Shown here one piece after another: positions 56,777 through 64,000 of a stretch of DNA of 64,000 nt (positions are counted from its first letter, which is position 1; each line of letters begins with the position of its first letter). Origin of the DNA: an uncultured Acidobacteriota bacterium (GTDB lineage: Bacteria > Acidobacteriota > Terriglobia > Acidiferrales > UBA7541); contig CAWFDD010000003.1 in assembly GCA_963814605.1 (NCBI GenBank), forward strand, positions 609,734 through 673,733. Reading direction: 5' to 3'. Under the pieces are notes generated by a model, which did not search any database, was not told the DNA's origin, and saw only the letters and a program-made list of their open reading frames with translations. A program made the position numbers and the translations under genes.

Positions 56777-58405
56777 ATGCTGTTCAACTCTTATGAGTTC
56801 ATTTTTGTCTTCCTGCCGCTGACACTGGGAGTGTTCTTCGCCCTGGGCGCCATTTCTCGCACGTGGGCACTCCGCTGGATCATCGTCGCATCGCTCTTCT
56901 TCTATTTTTGGTGGCGGCCTCTAAACGTCCTGATCATCGCGCCGTCTATTTTGGTCAACTTCTTCCTGGCGCGGTTGCTGCAACGGTTGGGGAGGACGAA
57001 CAAGCGCGGTTCCTCAAAGGCGGTTCTTGCGCTCGGCGTCGCGTTCAATGTCGCCTTTCTCGGCTACTTCAAGTACGCGAATTTTGGCGTCAGCGCAATG
57101 AATGATGCATTTGGCACACACATCGTGTTGGCGCAGATCATCCTCCCGCTTGGAATCTCATTCATCACCTTTCAAAAGATTGCCTTCTTGGTTGATGTCC
57201 ACGCACAGAGAATCGGGTCGTTCACTCTGCAGGACTATTGCTTGTTCGTGCTTTTCTTCCCGCAGCTGATCGCCGGCCCCATCGTGCATTACCGTGAAAT
57301 GATGCCGCAGTTCCAGAGCGCTCCTTGCGTCTTCGATAGGGACAATGTATCCGTGGGTCTGACGCTCTTGGTGTTCGGCTTGTTCAAGAAGGTGTTTCTC
57401 GCCGACAGTATCGGACCACTGGTAACTTCAATCTACAACCAAGCCGCATCAGGTCACGCCTTGTCTCTTTTGCCAGCTTGGATGGCGGCCATAGGCTTCA
57501 CACTACAAATCTATTTCGATTTTTCAGGCTACACGGACATGGCACTCGGAAGCGCACGGTTTTTCGGAATACGGCTGCCGCCGAACTTCAACTCGCCGCT
57601 TCGGGCCACGAGCATCATCGATTTCTGGCTCCGTTGGCACATGACGCTGACCCGTTTCTTGACGGCATACATCTACAATCCAGTAGCGCTTTCATTAACC
57701 CGCCGCCGCTTAGCCAAAGGCCAGACAGGCATCAGCGCCAGCCACGCCTCCGTCGGCGCGTTCATAGAGCTGTTGATGTTCCCCACCCTGCTGACGATGT
57801 TAGTTGCCGGAACGTGGCATGGCGCCGGCTATACCTTCATTCTCTGGGGTCTCATCCACGGCCTGTTTCTAACCTGCAATCATGGGTGGCGGATGCTTGG
57901 CCCGAGGCTGTGGCGCGACAGAGCGAGCTACTCGCGGTTCATGCAACCGTTCGGCTTCTTGCTGACTTTCTTGTGTGTCGCGAGCTCGATGGTGGTATTC
58001 CGCTCGTCGACGCTGAAAAGTGCCTCCCGCGTGTTACGGGGCATGCTCGGTCTAAATGGTATCGCGCTGACAGACTCAATCTATGATCATCTTCATCCGC
58101 TCGGAAGGTTGCTTCACTACGCGGGCGTCGCTCGGGGCATGGACGCGGGCGTCGATTTTAAGGGGACGTCGGTTTGGATTCTGATCACGGGGATCATCGC
58201 CCTCGCCTGCCCCAATACGCTTCAACTACTGGATCGCTACGAGCCAGCGCTGGGGTGGAAGCCGAAGCCAGACGGTATAGCCGTCCTTGGAAAGCCCATT
58301 GTATGGAACGCATCACTGGCATGGGCAGCGGCGGTGGCGGTGGTTGCGGCTATCGCGATTCTCCACGTCGGTGGTGGAAGCGAATTCTTGTACTGGCAGT
58401 TCTAA
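56777..58405 (+). CDS. MBOAT-family membrane O-acyltransferase (AlgI/DltB-like)
   Basis: The N-terminus is MLFNSYEFIFVFLPLTLGVFF. The conserved-His region reads ...DFWLRWHMTLTRFLTAYIYNP. There are at least 10 TM segments. Confidence 0.9.
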   Translation: MLFNSYEFIFVFLPLTLGVFFALGAISRTWALRWIIVASLFFYFWWRPLNVLIIAPSILVNFFLARLLQRLGRTNKRGSSKAVLALGVAFNVAFLGYFKYANFGVSAMNDAFGTHIVLAQIILPLGISFITFQKIAFLVDVHAQRIGSFTLQDYCLFVLFFPQLIAGPIVHYREMMPQFQSAPCVFDRDNVSVGLTLLVFGLFKKVFLADSIGPLVTSIYNQAASGHALSLLPAWMAAIGFTLQIYFDFSGYTDMALGSARFFGIRLPPNFNSPLRATSIIDFWLRWHMTLTRFLTAYIYNPVALSLTRRRLAKGQTGISASHASVGAFIELLMFPTLLTMLVAGTWHGAGYTFILWGLIHGLFLTCNHGWRMLGPRLWRDRASYSRFMQPFGFLLTFLCVASSMVVFRSSTLKSASRVLRGMLGLNGIALTDSIYDHLHPLGRLLHYAGVARGMDAGVDFKGTSVWILITGIIALACPNTLQLLDRYEPALGWKPKPDGIAVLGKPIVWNASLAWAAAVAVVAAIAILHVGGGSEFLYWQF

Positions 58406-58692
58406 TTTGCTACTGAAAGCTCACCCGGCGAGTGGGGCAGCGCCGCACCCTAGGAACAAGTGGGCGAAGGCGTCGAGAAATCGTTTTCGGTTCTGAGGAG
58501 GATCGACATCGCGAGCGACAATTCATCGATGGTCTGTTACTAATCTGCCGCGCGACGCGAATATCAAATTCGTGATTACCATCGACGACTTCTTTTCAGG
58601 TCTCATCGAATGTGCTCTGACAGTGTAACAAGCTGCCAAGCGAGTTTTCAGAGTCGAGGTTGACCGACCCAAACGACGATGACGGTTACCCA

Positions 58693-59220
58693 ATGAATTT
58701 TCACGAAACCAAATTGTCGGGGGTTTTCGAGATTCGTCCGGAGTTTGTGAACGACGAGCGTGGCTTCTTTGCGCGTACTTGGTGTCAAGAAGAGTTCGAG
58801 GCTCACGGACTGAACTCTCGATTAGTGCAGTGCAATGTTTCATACAATAAAGGAAGGGGGACTTTGCGCGGCCTTCATTACCAGGTGGCCCCATACGCCG
58901 AGACGAAGCTGGTGCGCTGCACGAAAGGGGCTATATGTGATGTAGTTCTGGATCTGCGTTCTGACTCGCGCACGTTCAAGCAATGGATCGCCGTCGTTCT
59001 AAGTGCGGAGAAGCGGAATATGATCTATGTCCCCGTCGGATGCGCTCACGGGTTTCTGACTCTGGAATACGGGGCGGAGGTTTTCTATCAAATGTCGGAG
59101 TGTTATAGCGCGGAGTCAGCCCGCGGCGTGCGTTGGGACGATCCGGCGTTCGGGATCGTCTGGCCAGGCAAGGTGGAAGTGATCTCGGAACGTGACCGAA
59201 CTTACCCGGATTTCGAGTGA
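58693..59220 (+). CDS. NDP-4-keto-6-deoxyhexose 3,5-epimerase family (RmlC-like cupin)
   Basis: The sequence reads MNFHETKLSGVFEIRPEFVNDERGFFARTW...GTLRGLHYQ...KLVRCTKGAICDVVLDLR...GCAHGF. I prefer the ATG at 58693. Confidence 0.85.
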   Translation: MNFHETKLSGVFEIRPEFVNDERGFFARTWCQEEFEAHGLNSRLVQCNVSYNKGRGTLRGLHYQVAPYAETKLVRCTKGAICDVVLDLRSDSRTFKQWIAVVLSAEKRNMIYVPVGCAHGFLTLEYGAEVFYQMSECYSAESARGVRWDDPAFGIVWPGKVEVISERDRTYPDFE

Positions 59221-59224
59221 GCTC

Positions 59225-60625
59225 ATGGGCCTATTGAAGGAAATCGACCGAAAGGATCCGGCGAGGGTCGGCGAGGAACTCCACGGATTTGCGTCCGAAC
59301 TCTATCCAATTTGCCGCAGCATCACAGGAGATGGGATCCGCCAGACTCTCGCTTCTATTCAAAGCCGAGTTCCGCTGCAAGTAATCGAAGTGCCCACCGG
59401 AACGTCCGTCTTTGACTGGACCGTACCCAAAGAATGGAACATTCGTGACGCTTATATCAAAGCGCCCAGCGGGAAGCGAGTTGTGGATTTCCAGAAGTCG
59501 AACCTGCACGTCCTCAATTACAGCACGCCAGTTCACGCGACCATGACCCTCAGTGAGCTGAAACCACATCTAGTTACGATCCCTGAGCATCCCGACTGGA
59601 TCCCTTATCGCACGTCCTACTACAAGGAAGCCTGGGGCTTCTGCCTTGCGCACAACCAAATGCTGGCAATGGATGACGGCGAGTATCAGGTGTGCATCGA
59701 CTCGACTCTTGAAGATGGGCACCTAACGTATGGTGAATGCTATTTGCCCGGCCGTTCGACGGACGAAGTGTTGATCTCATGTCACACGTGTCATCCATCA
59801 TTGGCGAACGACAACCTGTCTGGATTGACAGTGGCGACGTTCCTGGCGAAGCTTCTTTCCGGACGTGACCTTCGTTACTCATATCGGTTTCTGTTCATTC
59901 CCGGCACGATCGGTGCGATCACGTGGCTTGCGAGGAACCCTGGGGCTGTCGGGCGTATTCGCCACGGTTTGGTTCTGACGTGTCTCGGAGATGCTGGCGA
60001 CTTCCATTACAAGAAGAGCCGCCGGGGAGACGCAGAGATTGACCGCGCCGCCGCACATGTTCTCAAGCATGGCGGCGAGCCGTCCGAAATATTGGAATTC
60101 TCTCCGTATGGCTACGATGAGAGACAGTATTGTTCGCCTGGTTTCAATCTCCCCGTGGGTTGCCTGATGCGGAGCGTGTGGGGGAACTTCCCCGAGTATC
60201 ACACGTCCGCCGACAATCTCGATTTCATTCAACCGCAGTCTCTTGCTGGTTCGCTTCGTGTTTGTACGGCTGTTTTGGAAGTTCTGGAAAACAACAGGCG
60301 TTACCGAAACCTAAATCCGTACTGCGAACCTCAGCTCGGGAAGCGAAACCTATATGGACCCGTCCACGGCCATCCGATTGAGGCGAAGATCCACGCGCGT
60401 CTTTGGGTCTTGAACCTCTCCGATGGGGAGCACTCACTGCTCGAAATCGCGGAGCGGTCAGGTGCGCCGTTTCCGATGATCAGTGAAGCTGCGGATGTGC
60501 TGTGCGAGGCCGGACTGCTTGCCCCGATCGACCAAGAAGTCGATGCGGCGACTCGCAGTCGTGCTTCGCACGAGAGCAAAGCGATAGCTAACCGTAGTCG
60601 GAGAACGAAACGGCGGAAACAGTGA
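59225..60625 (+). CDS. Aminopeptidase-like-domain protein of polysaccharide loci (DUF4910/COG4310-like)
   Basis: The sequence reads ...ELYPICRSITGDGIRQTL...VFDWTVPKEWNIRDAYI...VLNYS...SCHTCHPSLANDNLSG... I recognise this from memory only. Confidence 0.6.
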   Translation: MGLLKEIDRKDPARVGEELHGFASELYPICRSITGDGIRQTLASIQSRVPLQVIEVPTGTSVFDWTVPKEWNIRDAYIKAPSGKRVVDFQKSNLHVLNYSTPVHATMTLSELKPHLVTIPEHPDWIPYRTSYYKEAWGFCLAHNQMLAMDDGEYQVCIDSTLEDGHLTYGECYLPGRSTDEVLISCHTCHPSLANDNLSGLTVATFLAKLLSGRDLRYSYRFLFIPGTIGAITWLARNPGAVGRIRHGLVLTCLGDAGDFHYKKSRRGDAEIDRAAAHVLKHGGEPSEILEFSPYGYDERQYCSPGFNLPVGCLMRSVWGNFPEYHTSADNLDFIQPQSLAGSLRVCTAVLEVLENNRRYRNLNPYCEPQLGKRNLYGPVHGHPIEAKIHARLWVLNLSDGEHSLLEIAERSGAPFPMISEAADVLCEAGLLAPIDQEVDAATRSRASHESKAIANRSRRTKRRKQ

Positions 60626-60837
60626 GCGTCTTGGGCGCATGGTATCGAGGGCCTATCCCTAGACCGGATAAAAAGTGGAAGTATTTTTCCCTAGAATGGC
60701 ATTTACGAGCCGCGCATCGAGGACCGCTAGGACAGGTGTATGCGGGCCAAATAAGCAGCAACTTGTTTCTTATTAATAACTTACAGGATGTCTCGCGAAC
60801 CTGTCGGCCGACTTCCGTAAGTCGACTTTGGCAGAGT

Positions 60838-60852
60838 GATTGCGACAGAGAA
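60838..60852 (+). promoter_or_regulatory. Candidate sigma54 promoter P3: TGGCAG-N5-TTGC
   Basis: TGGCAGAGTGATTGC matches 9 of the 10 specified positions with exact spacing. It lies 119 nt upstream of the ATG at 60971, inside a 345-nt gap. Confidence 0.55.
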
Positions 60853-60894
60853 GGCTAGGCATCACCAACATCGACCGATGTAAATGGCGGTAGC

Positions 60895-60906
60895 GCGGCC
60901 ATAACT
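60895..60906 (+). promoter_or_regulatory. ops-like element GGCGGTAGCGCG in the predicted leader
   Basis: The core GGCGGTAG is exact. It shares the 11-mer ATGGCGGTAGC with the element at 11764-11774. It lies 43 nt downstream of the -12 GC of P3. Confidence 0.45.
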
Positions 60907-60970
60907 GTCGGGAAGCTGGCGTCGACGAAGCTTCGATTGGCCCGTCTCCAAAAAAGAGGTTTGTCAGGCA

Positions 60971-62242
60971 ATGGCAACACTGCCGCTATCGGCCGGTGAG
61001 ATTTTGAAAGCCACCATGGCGCCGTGCCGTTTCTGCGGCACTGGCCTCCGGCAAACTTTTGTCGACCTCGGGATGTCTCCGCTTTGCGAGACATACCCCT
61101 CTGCCGACGATCTCAACCACGGCGAGCGCTATTACCCGTTGCACGTCTATATTTGCGAAAAGTGCTTCCTGGTGCAACTGGATCAATACGAGAGCCCCGA
61201 AGGAATCTTTAGCGATTACCCGTATTTCTCCTCTTACTCCGAATCATGGCTCAGACATTGCGAAATTTACTGCAAAAAAATGACAGCGCAATTCCGACTC
61301 GGTCCACAAAGTTTCGTCGTGGAGGTGGCCAGCAATGATGGCTATTTGCTGCAGTACTTTGTGCAGCAGAGTGTGCCGGTGCTAGGCGTCGAGCCGGCCG
61401 CGAATGTGGCCAAGGTGGCTGTTGAAAGGGGCGTTCCGACTCTAGTGCGATTCTTCGGCTCCCAATTGGCACGGGAACTGGCGGCCGAAAATCAGCGTGC
61501 CGATTTAATTCTCGGCAACAATGTGCTTGCGCAGGTGCCGGACCTGAATGATTTTGTCGAGGGGCTCAAGATCATGCTGAAGCCCGAGGGTGTGCTGACA
61601 CTGGAATTTCCGCATCTGCTGCAGCTGATGGAACGCAACGAATTCGACACGATTTATCACGAGCACTTCTCATATTTTTCGATGCTAACGACGGTGCGCA
61701 TCATGGAGGCCCATGGAATGAAAGTGTTCGACGTCGAGGAATTGCCATCGCATGGCGGTTCCCTCCGTGTTTACGCCTGTCGGATGGAAGCCCGAACTCA
61801 CCGCACCGAGCCGAAAGTTGCGGACCTAATCTCGGCCGAAACGAAGGCCGGATTGGCATCGCTCAAAGGGTACGAGAATTTCGCGCACCAAGTTAAGCAA
61901 ACCAAACTGGCGTTGGTGAATTTTCTTGTCCAGGCTGCGCTGCTGGGCAAGACCATCGTCGGCTACGGAGCACCTGGTAAGAGTGCAACACTTTTGCACT
62001 ACTGCGGCATAAGTAAGGATCTGATCGAATATACGGTCGATCGTAGTCCATACAAACAAGGCCGATTTCTTCCCGGCACACACATTCCGATCTATCATCC
62101 CGATCGCATACGCGAAACGAAGCCGGATTACATCGTCATTCTTCCTTGGAATCTGAAGGACGAAATCGCGAGCCAGTTGCAATTCATCAGGGAGTGGGGT
62201 GGCCAGTTTGTCGTACCAATTCCGGAACTTGCCACTTTTTGA
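60971..62242 (+). CDS. NDP-hexose C-methyltransferase (TylC3-like, with an N-terminal Zn-ribbon)
   Basis: The Zn-ribbon reads CRFCGTGL...LGMSPLCETY...YPLHVYICEKCFLVQL. The SAM-binding motif is VVEVASNDGYLL. The C-terminal C-methyltransferase domain reads ...GYGAPGKSATLL. Confidence 0.85.
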   Translation: MATLPLSAGEILKATMAPCRFCGTGLRQTFVDLGMSPLCETYPSADDLNHGERYYPLHVYICEKCFLVQLDQYESPEGIFSDYPYFSSYSESWLRHCEIYCKKMTAQFRLGPQSFVVEVASNDGYLLQYFVQQSVPVLGVEPAANVAKVAVERGVPTLVRFFGSQLARELAAENQRADLILGNNVLAQVPDLNDFVEGLKIMLKPEGVLTLEFPHLLQLMERNEFDTIYHEHFSYFSMLTTVRIMEAHGMKVFDVEELPSHGGSLRVYACRMEARTHRTEPKVADLISAETKAGLASLKGYENFAHQVKQTKLALVNFLVQAALLGKTIVGYGAPGKSATLLHYCGISKDLIEYTVDRSPYKQGRFLPGTHIPIYHPDRIRETKPDYIVILPWNLKDEIASQLQFIREWGGQFVVPIPELATF

Positions 62243-62264
62243 AAAGTAGGCACGGAGGTCAGTT

Positions 62265-63086
62265 ATGAAGGTTGTTCTTTTCTGCGGTGGGGCCGGCATG
62301 CGACTCCGAGGTTATGCCGACGATATTCCGAAGCCTATGGTCACGATCGGTAACCGACCAATTCTCTGGCATATCATGAAGTACTACGCCCACTTTGGGC
62401 ACAAAGACTTTATCCTCTGCCTTGGACATAAGGCCAACTGTATCAAAGACTATTTCCTGCACTACGATGAATCTGTATCTAATGACTTTGTTTGGTCGAA
62501 AGGCGGAAAGAGCGTCGAGTTTTTGAATCGTGACATTGATGACTGGACGATTACGTTTGTCGAAACGGGCGAATATTCCAATATTGGCGAGCGCCTCAAG
62601 GCGGTCGAACCTTATCTGAAGGATGACGAAATCTTTCTGGCGAACTATGGGGACGGATTGAGTGATGTCTCTCTCCCACCAATGCTACAGGCCTTCCGGA
62701 CAAGCAACGCCGTTGCGTCGCTGTTGTTGGTACAGCCGACAGCGAGTTTTGACATCGTCAACGTCGACGCTGAGAGTAGGGTCACGGGAATTCGCGCCCT
62801 CACGAGGAGCGATATTTGGATTAACGGCGGTTTCTTGCAGATGCGCCGTGAGATCTTCGATTACATTCGGCCCGGCGAGGAGCTTGTGCAGGAGCCATTT
62901 CAAAGGTTGATCGAAAAGCAGGCGCTGCTAGCCTACAAGCACACCGGCTTCTGGCAGTGCATGGACACCTTCAAGGACAAGCAGCGATTGGACGATTTGA
63001 ACCACGGCGTTGCTCCTTGGAAGGTCTGGAGTCAGGGCGCAACCGTCGCGCCGAACGGTTCGAAGGTGACCTCGGTTCTCCGATGA
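62265..63086 (+). CDS. rfbF: Glucose-1-phosphate cytidylyltransferase
   Basis: The sequence reads MKVVLFCGGAGMRLRGYADDIPKPMVTIGNRPILWHIMKYYAHFGHKDFILCLGHKA...WQCMDTFKDKQRLDDL. Confidence 0.9.
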   Translation: MKVVLFCGGAGMRLRGYADDIPKPMVTIGNRPILWHIMKYYAHFGHKDFILCLGHKANCIKDYFLHYDESVSNDFVWSKGGKSVEFLNRDIDDWTITFVETGEYSNIGERLKAVEPYLKDDEIFLANYGDGLSDVSLPPMLQAFRTSNAVASLLLVQPTASFDIVNVDAESRVTGIRALTRSDIWINGGFLQMRREIFDYIRPGEELVQEPFQRLIEKQALLAYKHTGFWQCMDTFKDKQRLDDLNHGVAPWKVWSQGATVAPNGSKVTSVLR

Positions 63087-63730
63087 TTCATCTAAATCTG
63101 GAGGAGCGATCTGCCAGAACGCTGAAGATACTCTGCTTGGGTTGCCATTCCGACGATATCGAGATCGGTTGTGGTGGGACGATCCTGCGCTTGGCGGAAC
63201 AGTATCCTGGTTGCGAGTTTCACTGGGTCGTTCTCAGCGCTACGGGAGCCCGTCGCGCCGAAGCGCAAAGCGCGGCTGAATTATTTACAGGCCGCGGGCT
63301 CAAGGGACTTTTGCTGAAGTCCTTTCAGGACGGATTTATGCCCTTCCTAGGAGCCGAAATAAAAGCTGAGTTTGAGGAACTAAAGTCGATTGCGCCCGAT
63401 CTAATTTTCACGCACAGCCGAAAGGATGCTCACCAGGATCATCGCTTGATTGGGGAGATGACCTGGAACACGTTTCGAGATCATCTGATTTTGGAATACG
63501 AGATTCCGAAGTACGACGGCGACATGGGCCAGCCCAATGTGTTTGTCCCACTGGAATCGACGCAATGTGATACCAAGGTTCGCTACATCATGGATTCCTT
63601 CCCCTCGCAACACGCTAAGCTCTGGTTTAAGGAGGAAACGTTTCGTTCGTTCATGCGATTGCGTGGGATGGAGTGCAACTCTGCGAGCGGTTACGCAGAG
63701 GCTTTCTACGGTCGTAAGCTTGTGATTTGA
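63083..63730 (+). CDS. PIG-L/LmbE-family deacetylase
   Basis: The sequence reads ILCLGCHSDDIEIGCGGTILRL...HSRKDAHQDHR. The start overlaps the rfbF stop (ATGA). Confidence 0.8.
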   Translation: MIHLNLEERSARTLKILCLGCHSDDIEIGCGGTILRLAEQYPGCEFHWVVLSATGARRAEAQSAAELFTGRGLKGLLLKSFQDGFMPFLGAEIKAEFEELKSIAPDLIFTHSRKDAHQDHRLIGEMTWNTFRDHLILEYEIPKYDGDMGQPNVFVPLESTQCDTKVRYIMDSFPSQHAKLWFKEETFRSFMRLRGMECNSASGYAEAFYGRKLVI

Positions 63731-63858
63731 AACGCCGCCAGGAGGCGTTGAGCCTTCGGCAGTGAGCCAATAGTCGGGATCGCTGTACCCCACGGGAAAG
63801 TAGTTACCAGAGGGCGTTGCCATAACAGAGCGTCAGCCGAAATGGGAGATACGCTTGC

Positions 63859-64000
63859 ATGAAAGTTCTACTGACTGGTCATAAGGGTTACATCGGCTCT
63901 GTTGCGGGTCCAATGCTGGCTGCGGCCGGCCACGAAGTAGTTGGTTTGGACACGGATCTATTTTCGGGATGTGCGTTTGCAGAATTAGGCCTGGAAATTC
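63859..64000 (+). CDS. NAD-dependent epimerase/dehydratase (extended SDR). It is partial and continues beyond the window.
   Basis: The N-terminus MKVLLTGHKGYIGSVAGPMLAAAGHEVVGLD is a Rossmann motif. Confidence 0.7.
   Translation, partial: MKVLLTGHKGYIGSVAGPMLAAAGHEVVGLDTDLFSGCAFAELGLEI

Noticed and set aside
1-64000. Searched by eye for CRISPR arrays, IS elements or transposases, integrases, toxin-antitoxin pairs, defence-system ATPases or nucleases, an exosortase, and PEP-CTERM-tailed ORFs.
   Set aside because: None was found. There are no regularly spaced direct repeats, no DDE, tyrosine or serine recombinase motifs, and no terminal inverted repeats. The only duplicated coding material is the FemAB-like pseudogene.

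Overview
The window is one large, almost entirely co-directional (+ strand) cell-surface polysaccharide biosynthesis and export locus from a moderately GC-rich Gram-negative genome. The gene content resembles Acidobacteriota or another soil lineage, but this is inference and was not checked. The left edge holds a partial histidine kinase and an Hsp20 gene.

The locus then runs as follows:
- ~1.8-11.3 kb: a PEP-CTERM/exosortase-type cassette (TPR lipoprotein, AAA+ EBP-like regulator, Wza-like exporter, beta-barrel OMP, chain-length determinant, ExeA-like ATPase, BY-kinase). No exosortase is present in the window.
- 11.7 kb onward: a sigma54-type promoter and a NusG/RfaH paralog, followed by about 40 genes. 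These include a priming phosphoglycosyl transferase and at least 9 glycosyltransferases.
- Nucleotide-sugar pathways: an aminosugar branch (oxidoreductase, aminotransferase, acetyltransferase), GDP-D-glycero-alpha-D-manno-heptose, AlgD-like GDP-mannuronate, and a CDP-linked C-methyl sugar.
- Export and assembly: a Wzy/O-antigen-ligase-like protein and a Wzm/Wzt ABC exporter.
- Other genes: three FemAB-like GNAT genes (one decayed) and a PQQ quinohaemoprotein.

The most interesting observations are:
1. A non-canonical tRNA-Thr(CGU)-like cloverleaf lies in the tail of a FemAB-family gene, next to a nucleophile-less Asn-synthetase homolog.
2. A Dlt-like acylation module uses an FkbH-type loader (DltD-like, FkbH, ACP, hotdog-SDR, MBOAT).
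3. sigma54-type promoters are followed by ops-like GGCGGTAG leader elements, while the only EBP homolog in the window has lost its GAFTGA loop.
4. The priming transferase carries a degenerate GGDEF-like domain.
5. The OMP gene contains a G10 tract.

All calls are from manual reading; no database search was run.
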